Positions 61,962 to 64,000 of a stretch of 64,000 nt of DNA are shown here, piece by piece. A model generated the notes under the pieces. That model saw only the letters and a program-made list of their open reading frames with translations. It did not search any database and had not been told where the DNA came from. The stretch covers positions 14,818,001-14,882,000 of the forward strand of contig NC_135830.1 in NCBI RefSeq assembly GCF_964213995.1. Reading direction: 5' to 3'. The first letter of the stretch is position 1. Each line of letters begins with the position of its first letter. A program made the position numbers and the translations under genes. The DNA comes from Mustelus asterias. Its lineage: Eukaryota.

Positions 61962-64000
61962 ATAGAGGTTTACAGCATGGAAACAGGTCCTTCGGCCCAA
62001 CTTATCCATGCTGCCTCCCTTTTTTTTGAAACCCCTAAGCTAGTCCCAATTGCCCGCATTTGGCCCATATCCCTCTGTACCCATCATACTCATGTAACTG
62101 TCTAAATGCTTTTTAAAAGACAAAATTTTACCCGCCTCTACTACTACCTCTGGCAGTACCTTGTTCCAGACACCACCCTCTGTGTGAAAAGCGTACCCCT
62201 TTGGACCCTTTTGTATCTCCCCTCTCACCTTAAACCTATACCCTCTAGTTTTAGACTCCCCTACCTTTGGGAAAATATATTGATTATCCAGCTGATCTAT
62301 GCCCCTCATTATTTTATAGATCTCTATAAGTTCACTCCTAAGCCTCCTAGGGTCCAGACAATAGACTCCCAGTCTGTCCAGCTCTCCTTATAACTCAAAC
62401 CATCAAGTCCCGGTAGCATCCTAGTAAATCTTTTCTGCACTCCTTCGAGTTAAATAATATCGTTTCTATAATAGGGTGACCAGAACTGTACACAGTATTC
62501 CAAGTGTGGCCTTACCAATGTCTTGTACAACTTCAACAAGACATTCCAACTCCTGTATTCAATGTTCTGACCAATGAAACCAAGCATGCCGAATGCCTTC
62601 ACCACTCTGTCCACCGTGCCGCCACTTTCAAGGAGCTATGAACCTCTCTCCAACGCCCTACCATTAACTGAGTAAGTCCTGCTCTGGTTTGATCGACCAA
62701 AATGCATCACCTCGCATTTATCTAAATTAAACTCCATCTGCCATTCGTCAGTCCACTGGCCCAATTGATCAAGATCCTGTTGCAATCCGAGATAATCTCC
62801 ACTATGCTACCAATCTTGGTGTCATCTGCAAATTTACTAATCATGCCTCCTAAATTCTCAACCAAATCATTAATATAAATGACAAATAACAGTGGACCCA
62901 GCACCGATCCCTGAGGCACACCGCTGGTCACAGGCCTCCAGTTTGAAAAGCAACCCTCTACAACCACCCTCTGTGTTCTGTCATTAAGCCAATTTTTGAT
63001 CCATTCGGCTACCTCACTCTGGATCCCGTGAGATTTAATCTTATGCAACAACCTACCATATGGTACCTTGTCTAAGGCCTTGCTAAAGTCCATGTCGACA
63101 ATGTCAACTGCATTGCCCTCATCTACCTTCTTGGTTACCCCTTCAAAAAATTTAATCAAATTTGTGAGACATGATTTTCCACTCAGAGTCATGCTGACTG
63201 TCCCTAATCAGTACTTGCATCTCTAAATGCTTGTCGATCCTGTCTCTCAAAATACCTTCTCATAACTTACCCACTACAGATGTGAGGCTCACCAGCCTGT
63301 AGTTCCCAGGCTTTTCCGTGCAGCCCTACTTGAACAAAGGCACAACATTTGCCACCTTTCAATCTTCAGGCACCTCACCTGTGACTATCAATGATTCAAA
63401 TATCTCTGCTCGGGGACTCGCAATTTCCTCCCTAGTTTCCCAGTGTCCTGGGATACACTTCATCAGGTCCCGGGCATTTATCTACCTTGATGCGCTTTAA
63501 GACTTCCAGCACCTCCTTCTCTGTTATAAGTACACTCCTCAAGATATCACTATTTATTTCCCCAAGTTCCCTAGCATCCATGCTTTTCTCAACAGTGAAT
63601 ACTGATGAGAAATATTCATTTCGGATCTCACCATCTCTTGTGCATCCGCACACAGATAACATTGCTGATCCTTAAGAGGTCCTACTCTCTCCCTAGTTAC
63701 TCTTTTGCCCTTTTTGTATTTGTAGAAGCTCTTTGAATTCTCCTTTGCCTTTTCGGCCAAAACAATCTTGTGTCCCCTTTTTGCCCTCCTGATTTCTCTC
63801 TTAACTCTACTTCTGCACTCTCTATACTCTTCAAGGGATCCACTTGATCCCAGCTGCCTATGCATGTCATGTGCCTCCTCCTCCTTCTTGACCAGGGCCT
63901 CAATATCCCGAGTCATCCAGGATTCCCTACTTATACCAGCCTTGCCCTTCACTTTCAGAGGAATGTGCTTACCCTGAACACACTTTTGAAAGCCTCCCCC
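61962..64000 (-). mobile_element. CR1 LINE, degenerate, running off the window
   Basis: [31 protein letters not shown] and KFADD. Confidence 0.9.

Overview
This is eukaryotic, repeat-rich vertebrate DNA, most likely from a shark. The main evidence is HE1/V-SINE-type SINEs sharing 3' tails with CR1 (HER1-type) LINEs, plus a TCR-like V segment; the species cannot be determined from the sequence. Much of the window is retroelement debris: CR1 LINEs, Rex1/Babar-type LINEs, one PNMA-gag Gypsy LTR element (17616-27665), Penelope-like elements (PLEs) and SINEs. Between these lies a decaying, repeatedly duplicated tRNA cluster (Lys, Pro, Glu, Val, Gln; about 9.7-47.5 kb). There is one TCR-alpha/delta-like V exon with a 23-RSS (49227-49558, minus strand), a C2H2 zinc-finger pseudo-exon, a CCAAT/GC-box/NRF1/YY1-type promoter and a 1.7 kb G-rich tract. 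Main points of interest: (1) two paralogous tRNA-Pro(TGG) copies with an insertion at the canonical 37/38 intron site, a family not among the usual mammalian intron-containing tRNAs; (2) minimal hammerhead-ribozyme motifs in the PLE termini and in short non-coding elements; (3) a PLE insertion that captured a 342 bp copy of neighbouring DNA; (4) a solitary TRAV-like segment beside a tRNA/ZNF region; (5) an apparently chimeric Gypsy element abutting an inverted duplication. No complete host protein-coding gene was found. All alignments were made by eye, and repeat boundaries are approximate.
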